In this document: piece by piece, positions 8,222 through 19,044 of the stretch
Numbering within the stretch: position 1 is the stretch's first letter
Layout of the letters: each line of letters opens with the position of its first letter
Program-made: the position numbers and the translations under genes
The notes under the pieces: generated by a model
What the model saw: only the letters and a program-made list of their open reading frames with translations
Databases searched by the model: none
Told to the model about the DNA's origin: nothing
Source of the DNA: an uncultured Gemmatimonadales bacterium
GTDB lineage: Bacteria > Gemmatimonadota > Gemmatimonadetes > Gemmatimonadales > GWC2-71-9
DNA length: 64,000 nucleotides
NCBI GenBank assembly: GCA_963695555.1
Contig: CAVOGR010000007.1
Location: 384,001-448,000, forward strand
Direction of reading: 5' to 3'

Positions 8222-8238
8222 GGCAAGAGGCACGCCAA
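8222..8238 (-). promoter_or_regulatory. Putative sigma54 (-24/-12) promoter
   Basis: TTGGCGTGCCTCTTGCC: GG-10 bp-GC spacing with TTGC. Confidence 0.55.
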
Positions 8239-8367
8239 GCCGCCAGCACAGGCTGATTTCCGCTCGGCGCGGCTGGCCCGGTGGGCCCCGCCGGGGTTTC
8301 CGCTCGATCATTGCGTGATGTAGGTTAGTCGGGCCAACGCGACATTTGCGGGGACCGAGCAGCACAG

Positions 8368-8440
8368 AGGGGGCGGTGGGACTCGAACCCACGACCTACA
8401 GATTAAAAGTCTGTTGCTCTACCGGTTGAGCTACGCCCCC
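8368..8440 (-). tRNA. tRNA-Lys (TTT), CCA not encoded
   Basis: GGGGGCG/CGCCCCC acceptor stem, ACAGACT-TTT-AATCTGT anticodon arm, GGTTCGAGTCC. Confidence 0.96.
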
Positions 8441-8544
8441 GACGCCCCAAACGTCGCACGGCCGTAAGCGAAACTCAAGACCGACCCACCCGGTCGCAAC
8501 GGGCCGGAGCCCCTCATTTCCCGATATCGAGCCACCGATCAGCC

Positions 8545-9999
8545 ATGTCAGAGGACCTGAAGCCCCGAACCGACTCGGACCCAGACGAGCCACCCAAAGC
8601 CGACGACGAGTCCGAGGCCGGGCGACTGCGGCGGTGGGACGATACCCACCTCTGGCACCCCTTCACCGCGCACGATCGGCAGGCCGACGCGCTCATGATC
8701 GTGGAGGGCGACGGGCACTACCTCATCGACATCGATGGGAACCGATACCTCGACGGCATCGCCTCGCTCTCCTCCAACTCGTTCGGCCACCGTCGCCCCG
8801 AGATCGACGCCGCGATCACCGGGCAACTCGGGCGTATCGCCCACACAACCCTCTTCGGCAACGCCACGGACCAGGCGGTGACCCTGGCTCACCGCCTGGT
8901 CGAGATCGCGCCACAGGCACTGACCCGGGTCTTCTTCTCGGACAGCCCGGCCGGGGCCGTCGAGGCGGCGCTCAAAATGGCCTACCAGTATTGGCAACAG
9001 GCGGACGGCGGGCGACACGCCGCCCGGCAGGTGTTCCTGAGCCTCGGCAACGCCTACCATGGCGATTCGATCGGGGCACTGTCACTCGGCGGCATCGAGC
9101 GGTTCCAACAACCGTATCGGAAACTTCTCTTCACAACCTTGCACGCGCACTCGCCCTACTGCTATCGCTGCCCCAACGGCTTGACCCGCGACAAGTGCGT
9201 GAGCGATTGCATGAAGGAATTGGAGCAGGTGGCGTTCGACAACGCCGGCCGGATCGCCGGGATCGTGATCGAGCCGGGGCTCCAGATCCCCGGCGGCATG
9301 ATCACCCAGCCGGAGGGATATCTCGCCAAGATCCATGACATCGCGCACAAGGTCGGGGCTCTGCTCATCCACGACGAGTCGATGCTGGGATTGGGCCGCT
9401 CCGGAACCATGTTCGCCTCGGAGCGGCTCGGCGTCACTCCGGATTTTCTGTGCATCGCGAACGGTCTCACCGGCGGCTACCTGCCGATGGCGGTGACGCT
9501 CACCTCAGAGAAGATCTTCCAGGCATTCGACGGCGGCGGCACCGCCGCCAGGGCCTTCTATCATGGCGACCCCTACGCGGGCAACTCCCTGGCCGCGGCC
9601 GCGGCACTCGCGACGCTCGACATCTTCGAGCAGGATGGAATTCTCGACGCCTTGCCCGACAAGATCACCCGACTGGAGCGGGAGCTGACCCGCCTCGGGC
9701 AGTTTCCGTGTGTTGGTGAGGTGCGGCAGTTCGGCCTCGCGGCGGGCATCGAGCTGGTGGCGGATGCGGCCTCGAAGAAACCCTATCCTCGGGAGGAGCG
9801 CCGCGGCACCAGGTCAGCGCTGGCTGCGCGGTCTCACGGCGCGTTCGTCGGCGCGATCGGGGATGTGGTGATTCTGATGCCGCCGCTCACCATCGAGGAA
9901 GAGGAGATCAAGCTGCTGGTGGATGCGGTGGTGGCGGGCATCGGTGAGGTGTGCGGCTCGGAGATAACTGAAACCGAAGAGGAAGCGGAAGAGTCTTGA
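8545..9999 (+). CDS. BioA-like class III aminotransferase homologue lacking the catalytic Lys
   Basis: LWHPFT, YHGD and PDFLCIA[N]GLTGGYLP; K replaced by N at codon 9460-9462. Confidence 0.85.
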   Translation: MSEDLKPRTDSDPDEPPKADDESEAGRLRRWDDTHLWHPFTAHDRQADALMIVEGDGHYLIDIDGNRYLDGIASLSSNSFGHRRPEIDAAITGQLGRIAHTTLFGNATDQAVTLAHRLVEIAPQALTRVFFSDSPAGAVEAALKMAYQYWQQADGGRHAARQVFLSLGNAYHGDSIGALSLGGIERFQQPYRKLLFTTLHAHSPYCYRCPNGLTRDKCVSDCMKELEQVAFDNAGRIAGIVIEPGLQIPGGMITQPEGYLAKIHDIAHKVGALLIHDESMLGLGRSGTMFASERLGVTPDFLCIANGLTGGYLPMAVTLTSEKIFQAFDGGGTAARAFYHGDPYAGNSLAAAAALATLDIFEQDGILDALPDKITRLERELTRLGQFPCVGEVRQFGLAAGIELVADAASKKPYPREERRGTRSALAARSHGAFVGAIGDVVILMPPLTIEEEEIKLLVDAVVAGIGEVCGSEITETEEEAEES

Positions 10000-10008
10000 C
10001 CGACCCGG

Positions 10009-10686
10009 TTATATCACAGACAAATTCAGCGACAACTGACTCACCGGCTCGAAGCTGAACCGGTGATGCGCGGTCGCACCGCTCGCGGCGATCGCCTCGC
10101 GATGCTCCGCCGTCCCATACCCCATGTTGGAATCCCACCCATAGGCCGGATGCCGCCGCGCCAGCCGGCACATCAACTCGTCGCGCACCGTCTTGGCCAC
10201 CACACCGGCCGCGGCCACCGAGTAGCACAACGCGTCGCCGTCCACCAACGCCTCATGCGGCATGCCGAGCTCCGGCATGGGAAGCCCATCGAGCAGGATG
10301 GTGACGTCGGGGGGAAGCGGGTCGTCCGGCCCGTCGAGGATGCCGGCAATGCGGCAGGCGCGGAAGACGGCGCGGCGCATGGCCAGGGCCGTGGCACGCC
10401 GGATGTTGAGGCGATCGATTTCCTTGGTCGAGGCGGCTCCAACGCCGATCGCGCGGGCGCGATCGCGGATCCGCTCGGCCAGCTTCCGGCGTTTCGCCGC
10501 GGGCAGTTCCTTGCTGTCCCGCACCCCGCGCACCCGGCGCACCCGGGCCGGAAACAAGACGGCCGCGGCCACCACTGGTCCTGCCAGGGGGCCGCGGCCG
10601 ACTTCATCCACTCCGATCAACACCCGCTCCTCCGCCCAGAGCGCGGCTTCGCGCCGCAGCGACGGGGCCGGAGCGCGCATGGCCAT
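10009..10686 (-). CDS. rnhB: Ribonuclease HII
   Basis: GVDEVGRGPLAGPV, DSK, SVAAAGVVAK, GYGT. Confidence 0.96.
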   Translation of the reverse strand: MAMRAPAPSLRREAALWAEERVLIGVDEVGRGPLAGPVVAAAVLFPARVRRVRGVRDSKELPAAKRRKLAERIRDRARAIGVGAASTKEIDRLNIRRATALAMRRAVFRACRIAGILDGPDDPLPPDVTILLDGLPMPELGMPHEALVDGDALCYSVAAAGVVAKTVRDELMCRLARRHPAYGWDSNMGYGTAEHREAIAASGATAHHRFSFEPVSQLSLNLSVI

Positions 10687-10688
10687 CG

Positions 10689-11036
10689 TTACTTCTCGCG
10701 CTTCTCCTGAATACGTGCGGCCTTGCCGCTCAGCTCGCGCAGGTAGTAGAGCTTGGCCTGCCGAACCCGTCCGCGCCGGAGCACCTCGATCGAGGCGATC
10801 GAGGGGCTGTGAAGCGGGAAGATACGCTCCACCCCGACGCCGGCCGAGATCTTTCGCACCGTGAAGGTCTCGCTGATGCCGCCGCCGCGGCGGGCGATCA
10901 CGTTGCCCTCGAAGGCCTGGAGCCGTTCCTTCTCCCCTTCGCGCACGCGCACCATGACGCGCACCGTGTCGCCGGCGGCGAAGCGCGGGAGATCCTCACG
11001 AACCCCCGTTTGTTCTATCGTAGCCATCCGACCCAT
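10689..11036 (-). CDS. rplS: 50S ribosomal protein L19
   Basis: [36 protein letters not shown]. Confidence 0.98.
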   Translation of the reverse strand: MGRMATIEQTGVREDLPRFAAGDTVRVMVRVREGEKERLQAFEGNVIARRGGGISETFTVRKISAGVGVERIFPLHSPSIASIEVLRRGRVRQAKLYYLRELSGKAARIQEKREK

Positions 11037-11089
11037 GATTTCATCCTCCGCGCCACCCGGCGCTGTCGCCAGTAAGATAGTCGTTCCCG

Positions 11090-11773
11090 TCAGCGTTCGG
11101 CATCGTCGGAGCGGGCGCCGGGCCGTCGCTCGGTTGAGAGCCGCTCTGCCTCGCGCGCGCGCCACGCCTCGATCTCCGCGTGGTTGCCGGAGAGCAGCAC
11201 CTCGGGCACTTGCAACCCACGGTACTCGGCCGGACGCGTGTAGCTCGGTGGGCTCAGGAGCCCATCGTAGTGCGAATCGGAGCTGGCCGATTCGTGATCG
11301 CCCAAGGCCCCCGGCAGAAGCCGCACCACCGCATCGATGACGCACATCGCGGCCGGCTCGCCACCCGACAGGACAAACTCCCCGATGGAGAACTCGTCCG
11401 TCGCCAACGCGTCGGCCACCCGCTGGTCCACGTCCTTATAGTGGCCGCAGAGGAGCGTCACCCGTTCCTCGAGCGACAACCGCACGGCGTCGCGATGGGT
11501 GAACGGCCGGCCTCTCGCGGACAGCAGCACGATCGGCCCGGTCGGCGCCAGGGCATCCACCGCCTCGAAGAACGGCTCCGGCTTGAGCACCATCCCGGCG
11601 CCGCCGCCGTAGGCATAGTCGTCTACCGTCTGATGCCGGTCGTGCGTGAACTCCCTGAGCTGCACCAGCCGGTACTCCACCAGCTCTTTCGCCCTCGCGC
11701 GTCCGAGGATGCTCGTGCTCAGATACGGCTCGAACACCTCGGGAAACAACGTGACGACATCGATCCGCAGCAT
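11090..11773 (-). CDS. trmD: tRNA (guanine37-N1)-methyltransferase
   Basis: [39 protein letters not shown]. Confidence 0.97.
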   Translation of the reverse strand: MLRIDVVTLFPEVFEPYLSTSILGRARAKELVEYRLVQLREFTHDRHQTVDDYAYGGGAGMVLKPEPFFEAVDALAPTGPIVLLSARGRPFTHRDAVRLSLEERVTLLCGHYKDVDQRVADALATDEFSIGEFVLSGGEPAAMCVIDAVVRLLPGALGDHESASSDSHYDGLLSPPSYTRPAEYRGLQVPEVLLSGNHAEIEAWRAREAERLSTERRPGARSDDAER

Positions 11774-11802
11774 CGCCAAGGCGCCTCAGGCGGGGGCGGC
11801 AT

Positions 11803-12339
11803 TCACTCGACCAACCCCTCGGGTACTGTTACCGTCAATGCCCGCTGGTCGCGGTTTACCTCGTGCACGAATTCCTGTCGGTACGGCAACAGGAATTCCC
11901 GCTTGGGACCCTGCACTTCGAGCGTCAATCCCGACGGCAGCTCGTACAGCTCGGAGACCACACCGATCGCGGTCCCGTCGGCCGTCCGGACCGAGAACCC
12001 CACCAACTCGTGGGTGTAGATCTCGTCGTCGGCCGGAGGCGCCAGGTCCGCCGCGTCCGCGGCGACCAGGACCCCGCGAAACGCGGGCAACGCCTCCAAC
12101 GCCGTCCTGCTGTCGATGCCCTCGAACTTGAGCAACCACTCGCGGTGGTGGCCCCGTCCGCGTTCGATCGTGAGCGCCTCGCCCACGTCGTTCCCCGCAA
12201 GATCCACCATCCATAACCGCCGGCCCGGCTGGAACACCTCGTCCGGGCTATCCGTCAACGGAAACACCGCACACTCACCCTTGAGACCATGCGGTTTCCG
12301 CAGCCGTCCCACGACGAGGCGGCGTGCGGCCTCCGCCAT
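11803..12339 (-). CDS. rimM: Ribosome maturation factor RimM
   Basis: VGRLRKPHGLKGE, position between rpsP and trmD. Confidence 0.95.
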   Translation of the reverse strand: MAEAARRLVVGRLRKPHGLKGECAVFPLTDSPDEVFQPGRRLWMVDLAGNDVGEALTIERGRGHHREWLLKFEGIDSRTALEALPAFRGVLVAADAADLAPPADDEIYTHELVGFSVRTADGTAIGVVSELYELPSGLTLEVQGPKREFLLPYRQEFVHEVNRDQRALTVTVPEGLVE

Positions 12340-12596
12340 TAGGACGGTGTGGTCTGGTAGACTCCGGCCTGCTTGAACAACGACTCGACCGTCTCGGACG
12401 TCGTTGCCCCTTTCGCGAGCCACTCCCGGGCGCGGTCGGTATCGACCGTGAACTGCTGGGTCTTGGCCGCCGGGGTATAGGTCCCGAGAATCTCGATGAA
12501 GCGGCCGTCGCGCGGGGCGCGCTTGTCGGCGACGACGATACGGTACATCGGCAGCTTCTTTCGGCCGACGCGACGGAGACGGATGCGTGTTGCCAT
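12339..12596 (-). CDS. rpsP: 30S ribosomal protein S16
   Basis: IRLRRVGRKKLPMYRIVVADKRAPRDGRFIE. Confidence 0.98.
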   Translation of the reverse strand: MATRIRLRRVGRKKLPMYRIVVADKRAPRDGRFIEILGTYTPAAKTQQFTVDTDRAREWLAKGATTSETVESLFKQAGVYQTTPS

Positions 12597-12619
12597 AATG
12601 TGACTACCTCGTGAGAGTC

Positions 12620-13951
<1,332 letters not shown>

Positions 13952-14015
13952 AAGCCCAGAAGGTTAAACGGGATACGCGGGGAGAGCAAGGAGAATGGGG
14001 CCTGGGTCGACGGGC

Positions 14016-14055
14016 GGCGGATCGGCGGATCGGCGGTTCGGCGGTTGGGCGGTTC
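14016..14055 (+). repeat. Five tandem 8-mers GGCGG(A/T)T(C/G)
   Basis: GGCGGATC x2, GGCGGTTC, GGCGGTTG, GGCGGTTC. Confidence 0.85.
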
Positions 14056-14188
14056 GGTCGGGACCGGAGCGCCCCACTACCCCATGGGTGACGCATTCTC
14101 ATGACGACCTCCAGCGCGATTTGGAACCGTGTGTTTAGTGCACCAACACCTACTGTTTGGTCTCCCCTTTTGCATTGCGGATTCTGGG

Positions 14189-14557
14189 ATGTGGCCCTAT
14201 CAGAGATTCGATGCGTGGAAAGTGGCCCACGACCTGACTCTCGATCTATACCATGTCACAAAGAGATGGCCCGCGGAGGAGCGATTTGGCCTCACCGCAC
14301 AGGTCCGCAGAGCTGCCCATTCGATAGGGTCCAACATCGCCGAAGGGTCCGCGAAACGAGGGTCCAAGGAATTTCGCCGATACTTGGATATTTCGATCGG
14401 TTCGCTGGCCGAACTCTCCTATTCAGTTCTACTCGCGAAGGATCTCGGCTATCTGTCTGACGCCGAAGCCCATCGCCTGATAGGCAAACTCAATCGGACC
14501 AGCCGTGTCTTGTGGGGGCTCTACCGTTCGATTGCAGCAAGGAATTCCGGTCGATGA
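14189..14557 (+). CDS. Four helix bundle protein (23S rRNA intervening-sequence protein family)
   Basis: W..AH.L..LY, EERFGLTAQVRRAAHSIGSNIAEG, ISIGSLAEL. Confidence 0.93.
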   Translation: MWPYQRFDAWKVAHDLTLDLYHVTKRWPAEERFGLTAQVRRAAHSIGSNIAEGSAKRGSKEFRRYLDISIGSLAELSYSVLLAKDLGYLSDAEAHRLIGKLNRTSRVLWGLYRSIAARNSGR

Positions 14558-14585
14558 GCGGAGCCCCAACCCGCTCGTGGCTGCC

Positions 14586-14609
14586 GAACCGCCCAGCCGC
14601 CGATCCGCC
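14586..14609 (-). repeat. Three inverted copies of the same 8-mer
   Basis: GAACCGCC CAGCCGCC GATCCGCC, reverse complement of the upstream array. Confidence 0.8.
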
Positions 14610-14665
14610 GAGACGTGTGGCACCAGCCCTTCCCCGATACCTTGCTTCCCTCCATTCTTAGCCCC

Positions 14666-16228
14666 ATGGACCCCCAAACCCTGCTCACCGGGATCATCAC
14701 GGTTCTGGTCGGATCGCTGTCGGGCGGGCTCACCAACGCCGTGGCCATCTGGATGTTGTTCCATCCCTACGAGCGGCGGGGGTTCGGGCCGTTCACGATC
14801 CACGGCGCCATCCCCAAGAACAAGGAACGGTTGGCCACCAGCATCGGCAAGACGGTCGGGCAGAAGCTGCTCACCGCCGAGGACTTGGCTCGGCGCTTGA
14901 GCGCGCCGGAAATCGAACAGGCCTTTACGGCCGCGCTCGATGGCATCCTGAACGATCTCCTGGAAGCGGATCGCGGCCCGCTCAAGAGCCACTTGAGCCC
15001 CGACATGGCCGCCTCGCTCGATCTCGCCATCGGCGCCCTGGGCGAGAAGGTGTCATCGCGGTTGGTCGAGTACGCTCGGACGCCCGCGTTTGCCGGGCTC
15101 ATGAGCGGGTGGATTCAGAAGCTCCAGGATGAGGTCGGCCACAAGCCCATTGCGGAGATCCTCACCACCGACCGGCGTGATGCGCTGCGCACCAAGGTGG
15201 ACGACTGGGTGCAGCAGCTTGCCGACGGGCCGGAACTGGAGCGCACCCTTCGTCATTTCGTGGATACGCAGCTCGATCGCCTGGCAGGCGACACCGAGCC
15301 GCTCATCGAGCGTCTTCCCATGGGGCTGGTGGGTGCGGTGGAGCAAGGCATCACCGATTACCTGCCGGTCGCGCTGGAGCGTATCGGCGGCGTGCTGGCC
15401 GATCCCGAGGCCAAGAGTCGCGTGCGCGTGGCGCTCCGCCAGGCATTCGACGGTTCGATCCGGGACCTGTTGCTCCACGAGCGGCTCCTGGCCAAGATCA
15501 TGGTGACCGACAGCACGTTTGCGCGGTTGCTGGACGGCATCGAGCGCGACGGGTTCGAGCGCTTCGCCGGCACCATGACATCGCCGGAGATGCGCGAGCA
15601 GTTCAGCAGGGCAGTCAACGCCGCGATCGTGAACTTTCTCCGCATCCCGCTGAGCGAGCGGTTTGCCCGGCTCGGGCCGGAGCGGCGGGCCGCGTTGGCC
15701 CAGACCCTGGGCGACTGGTTGGTGAAGGTGACGCGCGACGCGTCGACCCGATCGGTCATCGCGCGCACGGTCGATCGCGCCCTCGCGGCGGCGGAGCAGC
15801 GTACCTGGGCGGACGTGCTGCACGTACTGCCGGCCGAGCGGGTCGCACAGCTCCTGGGAGACTCCCTCGCCACCGACAAGGCCAAAGGGTGGGTCCGCGA
15901 CGCCACGCAATCGGTCGCCAACCAACTCTTGTCCCGCCCGCTCGGCCGTCCCGCGGCCTGGCTCGGCGAGGACACGACGCAGGCCATGCGCCGCGGCATT
16001 ACCGATGCAGCGTGGGGATGGACGCGCCAACAAGTGCCGCGCATCGTGGAGCAGTTCAGCGTCCAAGAGATGGTCGAGAAGAAGGTCCTCGGATTCTCGA
16101 CCCAGCGCATGGAGGAGATCGTGCGCGGGGTGACCCAACGCGAGCTGACATGGATCGTGCGGATCGGCTACATGCTGGGCGCCATGATCGGCCTGCTCGC
16201 CTTCCTGATCAACCAGCTGCTCGCCTGA
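14666..16228 (+). CDS. DUF445 family membrane protein
   Basis: GGLTNAVAIWMLFHP..GAIPKNKERLA and C-terminal ELTWIVRIGYMLGAMIG. Confidence 0.88.
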   Translation: MDPQTLLTGIITVLVGSLSGGLTNAVAIWMLFHPYERRGFGPFTIHGAIPKNKERLATSIGKTVGQKLLTAEDLARRLSAPEIEQAFTAALDGILNDLLEADRGPLKSHLSPDMAASLDLAIGALGEKVSSRLVEYARTPAFAGLMSGWIQKLQDEVGHKPIAEILTTDRRDALRTKVDDWVQQLADGPELERTLRHFVDTQLDRLAGDTEPLIERLPMGLVGAVEQGITDYLPVALERIGGVLADPEAKSRVRVALRQAFDGSIRDLLLHERLLAKIMVTDSTFARLLDGIERDGFERFAGTMTSPEMREQFSRAVNAAIVNFLRIPLSERFARLGPERRAALAQTLGDWLVKVTRDASTRSVIARTVDRALAAAEQRTWADVLHVLPAERVAQLLGDSLATDKAKGWVRDATQSVANQLLSRPLGRPAAWLGEDTTQAMRRGITDAAWGWTRQQVPRIVEQFSVQEMVEKKVLGFSTQRMEEIVRGVTQRELTWIVRIGYMLGAMIGLLAFLINQLLA

Positions 16229-16310
16229 GCGGATACGCCGGAGCCCCCACCTCCGCCTACCGATTCAGTTCCCGAGGATGCTCCCAATCGGCCGTTCTCC
16301 CAAGCGTGCG

Positions 16311-16339
16311 TGCAACCCTTTCCCCCCCTGACCCACTCA
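16311..16339 (+). promoter_or_regulatory. Possible ECF-type autoregulatory promoter
   Basis: TGCAAC-17 bp-CACTCA; would place transcription start near the in-frame GTG at 16345 (leaderless). Confidence 0.35.
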
Positions 16340-16908
16340 TGGATGTGACCGAGCAGCCTCGAGGTTCTGAGCCGCACGACCGCCTGCTGGCAGATCGGGT
16401 GTCGCACCAGGGGGATGAGTTCGCGTTCCGCGAGCTCTATCGCCGCCACACACCACGACTCTACGCCTTCGTCCTGCGCCTTCTGGCCGGGAATGAACTC
16501 GATGCGGAGGACGTGGTGCAGGACACCTGGATCAAGGCAGTCGAGAAGTTGAGCCAATTCCGCTGGGAGTCGGCCTTCGGGACATGGCTGCTGGGCATCG
16601 GCCTCAACCGGTGCCGGGAGTTGTTTCGGAAGAAGGATCGAAACTGGATCCTGCTCGAGGAGGAGGTGGCCGCGGTGCCATGCGAACCACTCCACGATCG
16701 CATCGATCTCGAAACCGCGCTGACGGAGTTACCGCCCGGCTATCGCACGGTGGTGGTGTTACACGATGTCGAAGGATTCACCCATGAAGAAATCGCGGAG
16801 CGGCTCGAGATCTCGAGCAACACGTCCAAGAGTCAGTTGTCCCGCGGGCGCCGGGCGCTTCGGTCCCGACTGTCTTCGGCCCCTGCGGGCCAGGTGAGGG
16901 TACCATGA
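16339..16908 (+). CDS. ECF RNA polymerase sigma factor
   Basis: DAEDVVQDTW, FGTWL, LPPGYRTVVVLHDVEGFTHEEIA, SKSQLSRGR. Confidence 0.95.
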   Translation: MDVTEQPRGSEPHDRLLADRVSHQGDEFAFRELYRRHTPRLYAFVLRLLAGNELDAEDVVQDTWIKAVEKLSQFRWESAFGTWLLGIGLNRCRELFRKKDRNWILLEEEVAAVPCEPLHDRIDLETALTELPPGYRTVVVLHDVEGFTHEEIAERLEISSNTSKSQLSRGRRALRSRLSSAPAGQVRVP

Positions 16909-17471
16909 CCAATGACACTGGTGGCATGCTGACGCCCGAAGAGCAGGCCGCGTTCGAGGCATTGCCGAAGACCCGGGAGCCCAGCCGGCTGGCCGAGGAA
17001 CGCACGGTCCAAGCCCTGGCGGAGCGGGGCCTGCTGATCGGTAGACGCCGCCACGGGCGATGGCGCGGCAGGATTCCGTTGATCGCGGCGGGTCTGGCTG
17101 CCGCCGCGGCCCTGTTCGTCGGTGGCATTGCCGTGGGCCAGTGGCTCGGGTCGCGCGCCATCGCGGACTCGATGGCCGCCGCACAACATGAGACCGCGCT
17201 GGAGATGGCCGCAGCGGTGCAGCGCACCGGATCGGCCTATGTCACCGCCCTCGCCGCCTTGTCTCAGCTCGCGGATTCATCGAGCAACGGCGCGGTGGCG
17301 CAGGGACGCGAGGCGGCGCTCACCGCACTGTATGCGGCGGCCTATGAGCTGGTGCAGCTCGCCCCGGACGATCCCATCGCCGTCACGATACGCGACCGCC
17401 TTGACAACCTGCGGCGTGAACAGCAAACCGAGGACGAACAGAGCGTCATTCGACACGTCGTCTGGTTTTGA
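16905..17471 (+). CDS. Putative anti-sigma factor (single TM)
   Basis: ATGA overlap with ECF gene; short cytoplasmic part, TM, helical outer part ending VVWF. Confidence 0.7.
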   Translation: MTNDTGGMLTPEEQAAFEALPKTREPSRLAEERTVQALAERGLLIGRRRHGRWRGRIPLIAAGLAAAAALFVGGIAVGQWLGSRAIADSMAAAQHETALEMAAAVQRTGSAYVTALAALSQLADSSSNGAVAQGREAALTALYAAAYELVQLAPDDPIAVTIRDRLDNLRREQQTEDEQSVIRHVVWF

Positions 17472-17496
17472 GGCGACCGCGACCTGAGGAGGAAAC

Positions 17497-18594
17497 ATGT
17501 TCGTGTTTCGATATTTGATGATGGCGCGCAGTGCGGGGGCTGCGGCACTCGCGCTGACAGTCGTCTGCACGGTCAGTGCCGCGGCGCAACAAGGGGTCGC
17601 CCAAGCCTGCCCGGCCGGTACTGCCCGTACTGGCACGCTGGGCTATGCCGAGCTCGAGTGCAGTAACTGCACCCTGTACCAGCCCGAGGACGACCCGCTC
17701 GGCCATCGCTGGGAGTTTAGCTCCGAGCCAACGATCGGGGGTATCAAGGCCGACGGCCCCGCAGCGGGGAAGCTCAAGAATGGTGACGTCATCGCCGCTA
17801 TCGACGGTCATCTCATCACGACGCGCGAGGGCGGCCGCCGGTTCGGCCTACTCGAGGCAGGCAAGCCGGTCATGCTGAAGGTTCGGCGCGGCGGCCGCGA
17901 GCTCGACGTCGCCGTCACACCGGCTGCTACCTGCGAGACGGTTCGCACGGCCGTTCGGGCTCCCCGAGTGGACGCCGCACCCCGGCCAGTGCGTGAGCCC
18001 CGGCCACCACGGCCCACCGCCGCGCCGCGCCCGCGGAGAACGGTGGAGGTGCCCGCCCCGCCTCCTCCTCCGGAGCCGCGCGCACGGCTGGGGTTCAGCA
18101 TCAGATGCTCCGATTGCACGATCGACCGGACCGAGGATGCCGTGGTGTGGCGCTTTCGAGAACCCCCGACAGTTCAGCGCGTCGAGCGCGACGGACCTGC
18201 CTATGCGGCCGGCATCCGAAGCGGTGACATCCTGACCCATATCAACGCCGTACCGCTCACAACAGAGGAAGGGGGCCGCCTGTTCGGCGCGGTCGAGGCG
18301 GGCGACACCGTGAGCCTTCGCCTCGTGCGAAACGGTATGGAACGCGACGTCGGTGTGGTGCCCGAATCGAAAGTGGTTCTGGCGAGACGTCTGCTGGAAG
18401 CCGCCCGAGTGCGCGGGGTCGCTCCCGAACCGACCCCGCTCGCCGACGTGGCTGAGCCGAGGTTTTCGGGAAACATCGGCGACGCCTTTGTTCAGGTCAC
18501 CGGCGGCCCGATCACCGTCACTCGTACCGAGGAGGAGATCGTGATTCGGAGCCAGGACATCACCGTCCGGATCACGACGGGTGGCGGATCGTAG
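17497..18594 (+). CDS. Secreted tandem-PDZ protein with CxxC inserts
   Basis: Signal peptide; two PDZ repeats (DGPAAGKLKNGDVI; DGPAYAAGIRSGDIL) separated by a Pro-rich linker. Confidence 0.85.
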   Translation: MFVFRYLMMARSAGAAALALTVVCTVSAAAQQGVAQACPAGTARTGTLGYAELECSNCTLYQPEDDPLGHRWEFSSEPTIGGIKADGPAAGKLKNGDVIAAIDGHLITTREGGRRFGLLEAGKPVMLKVRRGGRELDVAVTPAATCETVRTAVRAPRVDAAPRPVREPRPPRPTAAPRPRRTVEVPAPPPPPEPRARLGFSIRCSDCTIDRTEDAVVWRFREPPTVQRVERDGPAYAAGIRSGDILTHINAVPLTTEEGGRLFGAVEAGDTVSLRLVRNGMERDVGVVPESKVVLARRLLEAARVRGVAPEPTPLADVAEPRFSGNIGDAFVQVTGGPITVTRTEEEIVIRSQDITVRITTGGGS

Positions 18595-18739
18595 CAGGCG
18601 AGACGGCCAGGTCGATCAAGACCGCGGGGGCATCGGCTCCCGCGGTCTTGCTTTCGGTCCGCTCGTCGTCGGAAGGATTATGTCGCGTCCTTCCAGAAGG
18701 CGACACTGCAGGGAACCAACCACCCCAGGAGCGGCAGCG

Positions 18740-19033
18740 ATGCGACCCGACCCAACCGACGGCACACTCGATTTCGAGAGCCAAGCGCAGGCGGGGGCGC
18801 GTGTCGCCAGCCGCCTGGCCGATGCAATTCCCAACGGACCCGAGGCTACCATGGAGGTGAGCCGGTCACTCACCAATACCGAGATCGTCTGCGGGCTTTC
18901 GTTTCTTGCGACCGTGCTCGAGATCGCCTCGGTGTCCACCAAGACTCTCTCGGAGGTCCAGAAGGAGCGGGGTGGTCTCCTCTCGACCCCCAAGCCCAAG
19001 CAGCCAACGCGAGGATGGCTCAAGTGGAATTGA
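18740..19033 (+). CDS. Hypothetical protein (97 aa)
   Basis: AGGAG RBS before ATG 18740; coding-like frame. Confidence 0.65.
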   Translation: MRPDPTDGTLDFESQAQAGARVASRLADAIPNGPEATMEVSRSLTNTEIVCGLSFLATVLEIASVSTKTLSEVQKERGGLLSTPKPKQPTRGWLKWN

Positions 19034-19044
19034 CGTGGTGCTCG

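Noticed and set aside
8545..9999. Naming the gene bioA
   Set aside because: Catalytic Lys and several PLP/substrate residues are absent and there is no bio operon context.
14189..14557. Diversity-generating retroelement (Avd-like gene)
   Set aside because: No reverse transcriptase and no template/variable repeat pair seen in the window.
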